Notes: a model not told the origin generated them from the letters alone. A stretch of 63,780 bases of DNA, filler included, from Bigelowiella natans CCMP2755 (GCA_000320545.1; 6 parts of 6 records of this genome joined end to end with filler, not necessarily neighbours in it); one strand, 5' to 3'. Shown: positions 24,713 through 37,737, numbered from the whole stretch's first letter. Program-made: numbers and translations.

Positions 24713-27290
24713 GGATGTTGTCTCATGACGACATTGCGAAAGTCACAAATTCATGAACGAACATCTCAAATTCATTTCTTGACTCATGGGACCAACAATC
24801 TCAGCAAACCATCACGGCAGGATTCAGGGATGCGTGGTCCTGAAGTTGGCAAACATCAGGCACTGAAGACAATGAAACTAGGAACGGAGGAGTGGCTAGA
24901 ATGCCATTCTTGATTCCTTCTGGTTTCACTAGACAGACCTCACCAAAGTTGGTTCGAGGCACTGCACTTCGCACACTGCAAACGTCTTGTTGCACTTTGG
25001 AAACGTGGTTCATCATCATTGTTCATTGTTCATTGTTCATTGTTCAGTTTTGAAGGCATTTTGCGAGTGGCACGATCATGTGGGTGTTTTGTTGAAACTC
25101 AAGTTCCGTGCCGGCTAGCCGGGACTTGCGAAACTGAAGGCTTCAGGGCCAAAGTCCACAATTTGTCCCCCCCCATCCTCGATCTGCCCTCTTTGCGATG
25201 CCGGTGTTGTTCAAAGTGTCAACCACCTCATCCTTCATTGCGCACTCACCCAAACGCTGTGAGAACTCAATTGTTCCAGTGTTCTCCAGCATCAGAGCAG
25301 CTCTCGGCCCTGCACTTCCTGCTTGCTCTTCGTTTTTTGGTGCCCCTGATGCCACCAAAACCAGAGTCTTGCTCGGGGCCCCCTCGGCTGTTCCTGACGT
25401 TGATCTCCGTGTGGACGTTGCTGTCAGGAAGTTCTTGCTCAGGATGGATGCTTTGCGTTGACGTCACTTGGCCATGATGGACACAGCAATGCACAACGTG
25501 TGTCACACGTGTCAGTTGTGATGCGTTCAGTTTTCAGTTCGTGCCAATTGCACGACAAACACAACCAGGCGAAACCCGGGAATTGTTTCATGATTGAGGT
25601 GGACGCCGCCGCACTTTCTGCACTTCTTGCTTGCCACCGTGCCACACGATTGCAATCGGTTCGATGACGTGACACGGTCTGAAACTCATGCAAAGTCCAC
25701 ACTTGTGCGATTTTTGATGTTTTGAAGGGGGGTGCACTTCACAAAGTGCTGTCAATTTCGGTGCAACGCCAGTCAGACAAACCAACACGTTGCACACACC
25801 CAGTTCGCACATCACTGGACCAGTTTGATCACAACCAAGTCGATGGACAGCCAAAACTTCAACACCTGAAGATGAACTCAATGGCGACATGGCGACAAGC
25901 GCAGCTGTCTGAACTGGTGAACCGCGCACGTTGATTGTCGCAAAACACAAGTGCAAGCCATGCACGCGTTGTTTTTGCGCGAGCGCTTGGCAATGATCGT
26001 GGGATTGTGAAGCATTGGAACGCGTTTTGACCAGTTGAAAGTTGAAAGTGTTCAATTTTTGCCACACGTCGGCTGAAACAATGCCAAACGACACATCAGA
26101 ATCCACGTCACTGCACCTGGCACACTGGACCACTTTTTGTGGTGGTCGCTAGCTGTGCAGTGGTCTGGGTGTGGTGATGCAGGTTCTGAGGTGTCACTTT
26201 GGCATTGTTTCAGCCAATGCCAGAATGTGACAAAATTGAACACTTTCAACTGGTCAAAACACGTTCCAGTGGCATGCTTGCGTTTGCAAAGCCGGCGCAG
26301 CTCACTTGCGCTTTTTGCCTGGTCATCAACGAAAGCACAACGCGTGCTCTCTCTCCCCCTTCCGCTCACTCTTTGCGCACGCGCGTGTGTGTGTGTGATG
26401 AGTGTGTGTGTCAGTGTGTGGTGTGCGGCTGCAACGTGTCACGTTCGACGTGATGGACACAGCACCAGAGCAACACCATGTGTGTTGCATGCATGATGTT
26501 GCATGTCCATGATGCTCACGATGGACACAGTGATGCCACACGTGTGCTGTTGCATGTGTGACATCACATGTCTGCAATCGACGCACGTGCGTGAATGGCA
26601 AAGAGTGCAAGCGTGCACAAGCACGTGCGTGTCTCTTGCTCTTGCCTTGCCACGCACGCATTGCATCCATCAGTTCTTTCGCTGTCACGTTTGTTGTGAC
26701 AGCATCATCGATCCAGCACTTCCTTCCGCTGCACGTGTGACGTTGTGGCACTTTCATCACGTGATTTCACCTTGCAAGTCATGCATGAAATCGCAATCAA
26801 TGCACACACAAGTGCTCACGCACGTGGCCGGGGTGTTGTGTGCACACGTGAATGCAAGTGCGTTCGATTCTAGCGTTGACAAGACCAAAAGAGGGCACAC
26901 GTTGGACGCACAGATGATGATTCGATGTGCATGCATTGCCGCGATGCGCACTGCACATGCAACTGCACGCTGTTGCGTGTGCACTGCAGGCAACATGCGA
27001 TGCTGCCAGCTGCAACACATGCTCATGATCTAGTGATGTGCGTGCATTTGGTTGGCACACGTGTGGTTTTGAATGGCCATGTGCACTCAAAAATTCATCA
27101 GGCTTGGGGTGCAATGAGGCAGGCAAGAGACCAAGTGCATGCAAGCACATGCGTGTCTCTTGCAATGTGAAAGTCTAGAAGGACAAACGTTTCAATCCTT
27201 CGAACACATGAACCTTCTCTGTGTGTGGCGGCTGGCATTTCACTGCATCAATCAACTGACAACATCCTTCGAACCGCGACTGCCTTCGAG
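24709..27290. other. TpA-free domain containing degenerate repeat relics
   Basis: Only 8 TpA in ~2.6 kb by manual count, all within CTAG. Confidence 0.95.
26013..26271. mobile_element. MITE-like foldback element with ~110-bp imperfect inverted arms
   Basis: The left arm CATTGGAACGCGTTTTGACCAGTTGAAA..GTGTTCAATTTT..GGCTGAAACAATGCCAAA matches the reverse complement of 26160-26271. Confidence 0.7.
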
Positions 27291-30093
27291 ATAGAAGGTG
27301 AGGACATTCTCATTGTTTCCTCTGATGAGGACAGTCGGCACATCGGTGGAAAGCGTATCCAGCCATTTCATGTACGATTCAGTCTCGACACCAATCAAAG
27401 GATAGGGGAGAGTGACAAAGACCATGGAAGCATTCTTGCTTTCAGTACGGATGAGCTCTCCTACTCTCATCCAGCTTTCAAGTTTACCTTTTGATTCTTC
27501 TCTGACTTTTGATGCCACCTTTGGATTTTTGTAATCCTCCAAAGTAATGGCTACTTTGCCGGAATCCAAAGAACAGTGCTTGATTTCACACGGGATACGG
27601 AAAAGATTCACGAGGGATTTAACAGTGTCATGCGAATCAGTATTGCCAATCAAAATTAGGCGCAGCGGGACTTTCGTTTCGCCACCACCCGTGCGCTGTT
27701 GCCACCACGAGCTTAATGACAAAATGTATGGGATGAGTAAAGTCAAACCTCCATCATCCACAAGCCAGTATATGTCAGTGGTTTTGTCTGTAGATTTTGC
27801 TTCAAGGCTCCAAGCAATATTATTCAAATTTCTGCAGATCATTACTCCCATTCCCATCTTGAAGCCGTCTCGAATCATGTCGACATAATCATCGGTCGTC
27901 AAATCTTTTTCTCCAGAATCATTTGCAGCAGGTCTCTTCGCTTCCGTTCCCATTGCATCTTTCCAATCCTCCTTATAGCCTAGGACCAAGGTATTAGGTC
28001 TCAGCACCCCTAATCCTGAACAACATAGCAAGGATTGCAATCCATCTCGCACTGAAGGTGCAATGGTAGTGCTCATAAATCCGCGAACTTTGAGCGTAGG
28101 TACTGAGAGGTTTTCATAATATCCCTTTTCAAATCCCTCCTTTCTGAACTTAATCACTTCATTTCGGTATTTCCCAGTGTGTACATTCCCATAGATAGTG
28201 ATGCCGTACCCTTTCCTTAAGGAAGCAATGAATTGGCAAAGGTGCAACCTGTCTTTGGGTACTCCGGTCATGATAAGATAGTGTGGACGGAAAAGTTTGT
28301 CATTGTCAGAACGATGCTTTCTCATACGCATCATAGCCTTCTCTACATCGTAAAATTCCCTCGCCTGGTTTGCGCTACCCCAGTTGATATCAGGATCACG
28401 TAAGTGGATGTAATAATATATTAGGGCAGCAATGCCAATCGAAGCAAGAGCAATGTACCAAGATGTGAGGAACATGATCACGAGGCATAACACGAAACCA
28501 AAAAACGAAACCCATTTGTTAAAGTATTTGAACTGGGGTCTCCAGGAAGGGGACTTTGACATCTCAAGTGCGAATGTAGATAGGTTTATAAGCCCATATG
28601 TGATCATGAAGAACATAGAAATGAGGGGGGCAATTGCGTTGAGAGATCCAATAAGGATGCAGCAACCAGAGACGATGTAAGTCAAGAAATATCCTCGAAT
28701 AGGTGATCCATCTGACTGTCGAGTAACCCCAAATGGCGCCAAAGCAGGAATGAGGTCATCCTGGGCCACCGACATCAAGATACGAGGTGCTCCTACCAAA
28801 GATGCCAAACCGGAGGAAAACGTAGCAGCGAAGATGCCTGCAAGTACTAACGGACCTCCAACATAAGGTAAAGCAACTATAACCATAATTAAAGGATCCT
28901 CATACAACCCAATCTCATCGCTAGAATCCTCAGGTGGCCGAATAACCACTGCTCCAATAGCAACAGCCATTGCCATGTATACAATTGTGGACACCAGGAT
29001 TGCCCAGAGAGTACCCTTGGGAATGTTTTCAGAAGGATTGATTAGATCACCAGAAATGTTTGCTCCTGCCATAATGCCTGTTACAGCGGGGAAGAATACA
29101 GCAAATACTTGAAAGAAATCGAATCCGTCTCGGAAGTCAGGGCCGATATTGTCAGATAGGGTCGAGCCTCCGGGGCCAACGAAACCTTTGTCCTCATTCG
29201 GCGGTGTTGCAATAGAACCAATCAAGACGCTAAGAATTGACCCCACTAGTAATGCAAGAAGTCCAATTTGGAGTTTGATTACCCAACCGGTACCAATGTA
29301 AGCCATAATCAGAAGAACGGTGACAACCATAATTCCGTAGACTCTTACGTCATTCAATTCGTCTCCAGTAAGGGGGTCAGAAGATAACAGCACAACAGTT
29401 TCGCAAAATCCAATAACATATAATGCAACTGCGACGGCTTGACCCAAGGAGAACATGACACCAATCGCTCCCCCGACTCGAGGGCCCAAAGATCTTGATA
29501 TGAGGTAGTAAGCGCCTCCCGGTCCAACTTCTCCGTTTGTGCAAATAGCCGACATTGACAAGGTTGTGATAGTCGTTACGATGTTGGAAATGATGATAAT
29601 TACTAATGCTAAGAGAACGCCTGCTTGGCCGACAGTCCACGGCAAACGTAGAAACATAATAACGCCAAATATATTCAACAAACACGATACGAAGACACCA
29701 TTCCAAGTTCCAAATTTTGCAGCATCTGATTTTTCAGGTCGTGCCTGTTCGACCTGAAACAAATATATGGCAGGAACATGAAACTTTTAGATTCATTCAT
29801 GGAAGGTTTTAGGACTTAAACGGGTTAGTAAAATTTAAAGAGTGAATTACTTCCTAGCCCATTAAACTCTAGATCATACATACCACTTCTTTCAACTTGT
29901 GTTCCAGACCTTCAAAATCCTTGTTCCTCGCAATCGTAAATTTATTCTTTTTCATATTTTTTTCAGCAGCAGTCTTGTCGACTGTGTAATAGTTCATGTC
30001 GAAATTTTTGGCTCGCATACTGCGGACAGAGCCGGACTTCGAGCTCTCGGTATTGCTGTTGCTCGATTTCAATTCATTTAATTCGACGGACAT
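27252..30093 (-). CDS. Cation-chloride cotransporter (SLC12/CCC family), ~903 aa, two exons
   Basis: Exons 30093-29884 and 29753-27252. Motifs KFGTWNGVFVSCLLNIFGVIMFLRL, YYLISRSLGP, FFPAVTGIMAGANISGDL, SPSWRPQFKY, GLGVLRPNTLVLG, LIRGNNENVLTFY. Confidence 0.95.
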
Positions 30094-30500
30094 TTTACCC
30101 CCCTGTTCAAACATTTTGTCACAACCATGTTGGAAGTTGAAATTGCCATGTAATCCACTAACCTGTTACTTACTGGCAAGAAGCTAGAGTGCAAGTCGAG
30201 GGGAGATATGTTCGAATGAGATCTGATCGGAGATTGTGAAACCAGAACACCGTAGCCAGCCGAAATTAAACGAAATGCATGTCGTTTTCTATTGTGTGAC
30301 AGATGTTTGATGTTGTCGCCCCAAAATATCTGCGCGGTGATCTAGATCTAGTCAGTTATCATTTTATTAGTTAGTTGTTCTGTTCGCGTCCTTGACTTTC
30401 TAGCTCCTACAGGCCTGTATGTTTGTCTCATGTGTTTTTCCACCATTATTCTAGTCGCATCCTTGCTTGGGTGATTTTCATCATACACATGTAGGATAGT

Positions 30501-30534
30501 TGTTGTTGTTGTTGTTGTTGTTGTTATCGTTTAA

Positions 30535-30565
<31 letters not shown>

Positions 30566-30655
30566 ACTACTAACTAGATGGGCTAGTCAGGGATTCATCA
30601 AGAATTCATCATCCTCCTCCTCCTCCTCCTCCTCCTCCTCCTCATCATCATCATC
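30501..30655. repeat. Compound microsatellite (GTT)n/(CTA)n/(CCT)n, representative of the many SSR tracts in introns and UTRs
   Basis: Direct observation. Confidence 0.9.
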
Positions 30656-30738
30656 CATCTACAGGACTTGTTCAAGCTTAACATTTATCGTCTATCAATA
30701 ATCCCAACCAACCTCTATCGACTACAGATACACCAGGC

Positions 30739-32773
30739 ATGAAGTCGTTCTTGCAACGAGCCAGACAGCGTGGTAAGGCTTCATCATTCGTCTCGATAGA
30801 GAACAGTGTCTAACACAAACTACGCTACAGCTGGCGGTCAGAGGAAGAAGATAACGTTTGTGATGGGAAACCAGGCTTCAGATCTTGACTCTATGGTGTG
30901 TTCCAATTTGTTTAAGACGAATGAATACTAATCCTCGAAATACAGGTGGCTGCGGTTGTCTACTCTTTCTTTCTTCAAAGTGTATCGAAGGTGGATGATG
31001 CAACATTCTCTCCGCTCATTAACATCCCACGCAAACACTTCGGCCTCAGGTGGATGGATGTATAATTAAGGTGAGCTTATGTCCCCTAATGAGCTTCCGT
31101 TCGTCCTTATGATGTGATTCTTAGAGGTGAAGCTGCCGGCACATTTGCGGGTGCTGGTATCGATGCAAATATGCTACCTTTTGTGGATGACTTGGATCTC
31201 AGAACGTATTATTTAATTCACAAATGTTGTGGCAAGGTAACTTTATTCAAAAATAATGTTTTAGGTTATGTGAGAAAAAGCATGCAAACGTAGTCTTGGT
31301 GGACCATAATAAATTGGCAAACTCGCAAAGTTTCTTGGCTCCCTATGTCGTAGGAATAATCGATCACCACAAAGATGATCAGCAGTATGTATCCTCGTGC
31401 AAATTCAGACAAATTGAAACCGTTGGGAGCTGTTGTTCGCTTGTAGCTCACCAGGTAGAAAATCTTACAAAGCCTGGAGTATATCACTTTGAGGAGGATT
31501 CATATTAGGTTCTAAAGGAAGCGCCAGAAATATTAACTCAGGAAATAGCTACGCTTCTAACTTCTGCTATTCTTCTTGATACAAGCAATATGGACCCAAA
31601 TATTGCAAAAGGAACCGCAAAGGATAAGGATGCACTCGAGCAGCTCGAGAAAGCGGTACTTAGATCTTTTTGACCGAATATATTGGATACTTGAGTTCGT
31701 TTGAGTGAGGATTCATGCGATTTTCCCTGTGATTATCTGAGTTATGAGTACTTGTGGAACACTCTTTGTTACATTGTTCCACAATCCAACCACTCAATTT
31801 CTTTGCATACGTTATTTTTCTTTTGTATCAGGGGGGTATAAAGTCGAACGGGTATTCCAGACTTTATTCCAAACTGATGGAGGAGAGGATGGATATCTCC
31901 AATGTGTACCATATCATTTACTCGTTTCAAATGATGATATTCATATGCATATTAATTCTTCCAGCTGTCATCGGCTGAGCTCTTGATCAAGGATACTAAG
32001 TATGGAGGCATATCGGAGAAAAGATTTGCGGTAGTTACCTGGAAAAAATCGAAAATAATGAATATAAGATAGAAATGTAGAAATGGGAAGTTCTGATACC
32101 GGTCTTCCAACAGATAGCCAGCATACCGCTACGGCTGAAAGATTGGATTGATAAAGATTCCAAATTGCTTGAATCTTGGGCCCAGTTTTCGCTGGAAGAA
32201 AATCTCGATGCACTCATAGTGATGACTAGGTGAGTTACCAATCCTCCTAGTTTCTGAACAAAACGTAATGTATGCGTGGTTTTCTTGTAAATAGCTTCAC
32301 CATGGAGGAGAAAAACTTTTGCAGGGAGCTCGTTATTTTTGGAATAAACACTCCGCCACAAGACAAGAAAGACAAGGAAATGTGGATTCTACCATCTATA
32401 GAATCAGGCTTATTGGATTCTGAAGAAAAATTAGATCTTGAAAAGCTCAAAATCTTAGATTCAAGCATCAAAGACCTCTCATCAAAATGTGACCACTTTA
32501 TATTGTTTATTCTTTCTGGTTGAGCATCTAGAGTCTTAACATCTTCGCTTTGACCTTTTAGATCCGAAGGTATTTTTGGCTGCATACAAACAAAGGAATA
32601 TCAAAGCTAGCAGAAAACAGGTAAAAAAATTACATTTCTCCCTCTCCACTGTACATCTAATCCGCTCGGGTGTAATTCTTCCACCAATATAATAAATATT
32701 GAATGTTTGTGTCAAATTTCGGGTGGTGCATAAGCCCATGTACAACCACTTCGCCAAAAAAAGTCGCGATTAG
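30739..32773 (+). CDS. PRUNE: Exopolyphosphatase PRUNE/PPX1 (DHH family), multi-exon
   Basis: MKSFLQRAR, VMGNQASDLDSM, PLINIPR, LVDHNKL, IIDHHKD, VGSCCSLV, SAILLDTSNM, ASRKQ. The last exon boundary is uncertain. Confidence 0.88.
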
Positions 32774-33189
32774 AAAAATGGTGCACCACAAACCAAAAGA
32801 TTCTTTCACCATTAGATGCACATATGCACTGCGGTATGTTGATTGTGTGGGCACGTGAACTGAGCGTATGATGGTGTGTCAGATCATGCCACTAATCGAG
32901 AAGCTCACAAGGCAAACCAGGGATGCAAGCCTTTAGTTCTAAATTCGAGGAGATTCTTGCATTTTTGACTGTCGTTATTTGTCATTTAGTTATTAAATTG
33001 ACCGTCATGTGATGAGGACATTGCAGCAGTGAACCAGCCGCGCAAGCGCATCATTGATGATCGTTGCAGTGACCAAGCAATGCAGCTCCGCAGTTGTCTA
33101 GCTCTAGAGCTAGCTAGGCATTGTTAGTACTATAGAAGACAAAGCAGATGTGCACAATGTGTTTTCTAGTTTTGTTCGTTTTCTCCTGT

Positions 33190-34150
33190 CTAGCTAGCAT
33201 TGCTGCACATCCGATCTGACATGCAGCATGTGCTAGTGTGCACGACAGACGTGCCATGCATGTGTCAAATGCTGGCCTGCGTTCGATCCCACATGCATGT
33301 CAGATTCCTTCTCAATTGCTAGCTCTGGAGCTTGTCTGGTGCAGTGTGCTTGCTAACTTGGCAAGTCTGGTGATGATCGATGTGCGAGCAATGAGCATGC
33401 AGTCTTCATGCATGACAGACATGCAATGCATTGCATGCATTGCTGTGTCCATTGCATGCAATCGAGCGATGCTAGCGATGGTCATCTAGACATCAATCAT
33501 GCCACAGTCCCAGAGTCCGGCGCAGCCAGGCAAGCACACCTGTTTGAGTTGAGAAAGCTGCACACGTTGATGCGACATTGAACTGAACCAGTGAAGAAAA
33601 CGTGTGTTCCTGCGTGCAAACGCGACCGGTGTCGCTGGTGTCGTGCTGGTGAAGCTTCGTTTTGACAAACAATTGGACCGCAAAGACTCAGGCCAAACTG
33701 GTCACTTTTCCAGTTGTGTGCCAGGCTGCTGAACTGGGCGATGCTAGCTGTGAGAGGCGAGGGCTGCAACTCGCAAGCATGGCTCGCTTCCGATCATCGT
33801 CGTTTTCCATCCGGCCTGTTGGCGGGCGAGAAGTCAGGAAGGGGTTCAGTTCAACCTCCCAACAACCCACACAATTTGGGGCAAAGGCAATGGCGTCCGT
33901 GTGATCGATTGATCAATTGGTTTGTTCTTGTTCGTTTCAACACTCCAACAAGGTGCGCAAGTGCTGCCAACTGGCTGGACGCGCTTCAAGCGACTGGAAA
34001 AGTGGCCATGAATGAAGGAGCTTTGTTGATTGGTTGATTAGTTGGTTCATGTTCGAGGTTTCATTGGTGCAGTCAAAAAGGATCTGCTAGGCCAATTTCC
34101 GATCAGCTAGAGCAGACGAGCAGACGTGAAGCACCAATTAGAGCGAGAGC
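33190..34150. other. TpA-depleted intergenic domain
   Basis: Surviving TpA lie almost only in CTAG, with a few TTAG/CTAA. Confidence 0.88.
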
Positions 34151-34474
34151 GAGCATCACAAATATTTTTCGGTCATTGTTTCCACCACAAAATTGTGCCT
34201 GAAGATTGTCTCATGTTTAAAATGAAGGGGAATATCTGTGGGATGGATTGCTTGCTGTCCTCCCTCTTTGATCTACAAAACAACAGAACCTTGTTGGAAA
34301 ATAAGTCTTTCCCTGCCTCATCCAATTACAAGAGTAACATGTAACATGTAACCTTCCCAACGAAAATGTGAAGCACACTTATCCTACATGCAGTATTTTG
34401 AATGTAACTATTGTTTTTACTTTTCGTCAATGTCTATCTAGAACACACGTGCTCGCCCGACCATCCATTACAAA

Positions 34475-36628
34475 ATGAAAAATACTTCCAATGGGAAAGT
34501 AAAAAAGCCGAAGGCAGAGCTAAAACGCCTTATGGAGCGTGTGAGCAAGATGGATGCGTTCATAAAAACACAACAGTCTAAAGGAGAAACTCAGTATCAA
34601 AGGAAGTATGGATCTCCATTTAATTGCAGCTCTTTAACTACCTCCTTTTGTGCATGTTGAATCAGAAAAAGAAAAACGTTGTATGAAAGAGGTTGATAAC
34701 CTACTCAGGAAGGCAAATCTTGAAAAATTAATGGAAGAGAAAGGAATAAGCGAAGAGAGAAAAATAGCTTTGAGGAAAAAATTTGACGCAGAATTTGGAA
34801 CGCAAATCGAGAGGAAGAAGCTAAGTTTGAAGGATTTTCAAACAGTAAAAATTATTGGACGGGGAGCTTTTGGAGAGGTCCACTACATCATCCGCTATTC
34901 CTAGTTTCTCCATTGCATATGCAATTTAAAAAGACAGTATTTTCAATTCAAAGGTAAAACTTTGCCGAAAACATGAGGATGGCAGAATCTATGCCATGAA
35001 AGTAATGGCTAAAGCTGAAATGTTCAAGAAAAATCAAATTGCACATATTCAAGCAGAACGTGACGTGCTGGCTTGTGCGGACAATCCATGGATTGTTAAA
35101 TTATACCATTCATTCCAAGATAAAAAAAATCTTTATCTTGTGATGGAATTTTTGCCGGGGGGGGATCTAATGAGCATTCTCATAAAGCACGATATTCTAA
35201 CTCCGGAGGCAACCTGTTTCTATATATCCGAGACAGCTACTGCGATAAAGTTTGTGCACGATTTAAACTACGTCCACAGGTTACTTACAAGTTGTAACTG
35301 TTTACAAGTGATGCTCCTTGTTAAATATAATGGGCCTTAGGGTTATACTAATTGACGAAAATTTGGTGTATTGTTGTCATCATGATTCCATGGAAAATAT
35401 ATTCAGAGATTTGAAGCCTGATAATGTGCTTCTTGACTCTACTGGACACGTAAAGCTCACTGACTTTGGACTGTGCAAATCAATGGAAACAAAACGATAC
35501 ACTCTGTACGATAAATTCAAGAAGGAAGTGGATAAAGGTCCTGTTTCCACGACTCGACCTAATGACTATCAGAGTACTAAGAAAACATGGAAAGGGAAAA
35601 GTCGAAAACTTATTTACTCAACTGTGGGGACACCAGATTATATTGCACCAGAGGTGTTTGCCCAGACTGGCTACGGGAAAGAGTGTGATTGGTGGAGCCT
35701 TGGTGTTATAATGTATGAGTGCCTCGTGGGGTACCCACCTTTTTATGCAGACGATCCTATGACTACTTGTCGCAATATTGTAAATTGGAAAAAACATCTT
35801 GTTTTCCCTCCTGAGGCAGAACTCTCTCAAGCTGCGATGGATGCAATTTCAAAGTAACATTTTCATGTGCATACAACCTTCTAAATAATTTAGTTCTCAT
35901 TAGTCTCAAGACTGAAATAAGATTGCCATAACTTCGGTTCGAATTTCAGCTAATGACTGTTTCTGAAATGGAGAAAGGAAATTACTACTTACACTGTTTC
36001 ATAGTGTTAGCGTTTCTAGATTTTCATGTCTTCTTTGTGAATGTAGCTTAGTCACGAATGATGATCAGGATGATATGCGATTCACACAAACGTATCGATT
36101 ACGGAGACATCACAAAGCTAAAGTTTTTTAAGGTGGGTAGAAACCGTGGAATGCAGATATCTTATCAAGCATATTTCGGTTTCATATCTAAAGATGATGT
36201 TCTATTTTTCTCTCCATATTTCAGTCTGTGAATTGGAGGAATATACGCAAGAGTCCAGCTCCGTTTGTTCCACAACTTTCCAGCGATATTGATACACGTC
36301 ATTTTGATCAATTTGACGAGGTGATCGAAGATGCAGTCGTGACAAATACGGTGAAGAAACTTGGTAACTACATAAACGTTCGTGCATGTCGAGCTTGTAT
36401 ACTAAAGAACTAAAGAAAATAGTTCTATTTTGAGTATTACTTCATCAACTCACCCATTCTCATCATATAGAAAAACACGTCACATATTCTAATATGCGGA
36501 AACACATTGCAGGTGCCAAACCGGTGATAGGTTACACCTACAACATACCACGCAAAGGCAACCGGAAGGATGTAACGGAATTATTCGCCGGAATGGTAGA
36601 TGACGATGAAGATAATGACGACTTGTGA
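34475..36628 (+). CDS. NDR/LATS-family AGC serine/threonine kinase (STK38/Cbk1-like), multi-exon
   Basis: [70 protein letters not shown], and hydrophobic motif VIGYTY. The true start may lie further upstream. Confidence 0.93.
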
Positions 36629-36989
36629 GTAGAAATCATGCCATGTCACGTCTGAGGGTGGTGGGTCATGTCCAGCAGAATTGACATTGTACCACTACAT
36701 AATGTCATAGATGCAGTCAGTTTAACGCACCACGTACATGAATGTAGAGACACAAGTAATAACTACGTTAGTCACACGTGTGTCTCTGTTCAAATGTACG
36801 AGAGCCATGTGGAAAATGTCTCTACATGTGCATGCAGAGCGGCAATGCCATCTAGCTATGGCCTAGATTTCCAAGTACAGCCGCACACATGTGCTCACCC
36901 TGCTAGCCTGGAGTGCACGAACAGTCACCACAGTCATACGATACGACTATTATTGTTATGTTGAGACGTAGCGCAGCTCTGTAACCTCT

Positions 36990-37697
36990 AGAGCAAGCTG
37001 CTGCACATCACTCATTGCTCTCTAGCAGTGCTAATTGCTGAGCACACATGCCATGCTAGCATGGTGCGCTCTAGCGCTAGCTACCTAGTGCTGAAGTGCG
37101 GTGTACACACCTAGACACATCGATGCTCTCTAGCTCTAGAGCTCTGCTAGTCTGCTCTAGTGCTTCACAGTTCAGCAGATCACAGAACGCACAGATTTAG
37201 AGCTCGAGAGGTCCAGAGGTCCAAAGGTGCAAACAACTACATCCATCTGCAAGCCATCTGAGCATCTAGCTCTAGAACTAGCTAATGGACATGCTGGCAT
37301 GCCTAGATGCGCCGCCGCGTGATGCACATCTAATCATGTTGCACACTAGCTAGCTAGGACTAGAGGACACAACACGCACTACCACACTAGCGCTAGAGCT
37401 AGAGAGCGCAGTCACATCTCTAGCAGACTAGCAGACCTCATGCATGCATGTTCTGCGCGTCATCGTCGTCTAGTCGTGTCTGACAGATCGCAGGTGAATG
37501 CAACATGTGCAGCACGTTCTGGCATTTGCCCAGGTTGCATGATGAGGTGCGACAAACTGTAGACCTTGCAAACGGACAGCGCTAGCTAGCTAGACTACTG
37601 GAGCATAGCGCACAGCACTAGAGCATTGCCAAACATACCTAGATACGCCGCTTTAGTGAACCAGCTCCATACTAGCCTGTGAGCCAGCACACACCTC

Positions 37698-37737
<40 letters not shown>

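Noticed and set aside
24720-27230. Dense overlapping Cys/His/Met-rich ORFs in all six frames (also at 21.2-22.1, 33.2-34.1 and 40.3-42.2 kb)
   Set aside because: TpA loss removes TAA/TAG stops and turns Tyr codons into Cys/His. These ORFs essentially lack Tyr and show no recognisable motifs.
25021-27230. CpG-methylation decay as the cause of TG/CA excess
   Set aside because: CpG remains abundant while TpA is absent, and the DAHP-synthase copy shows TA as ancestral with its CpG intact.
32620-32735. Possible A-to-G-damaged splice acceptor (TTTCGG) in the last PRUNE intron
   Set aside because: An in-frame AG at ~32734, or read-through of the intron, explains the gene end without invoking damage.
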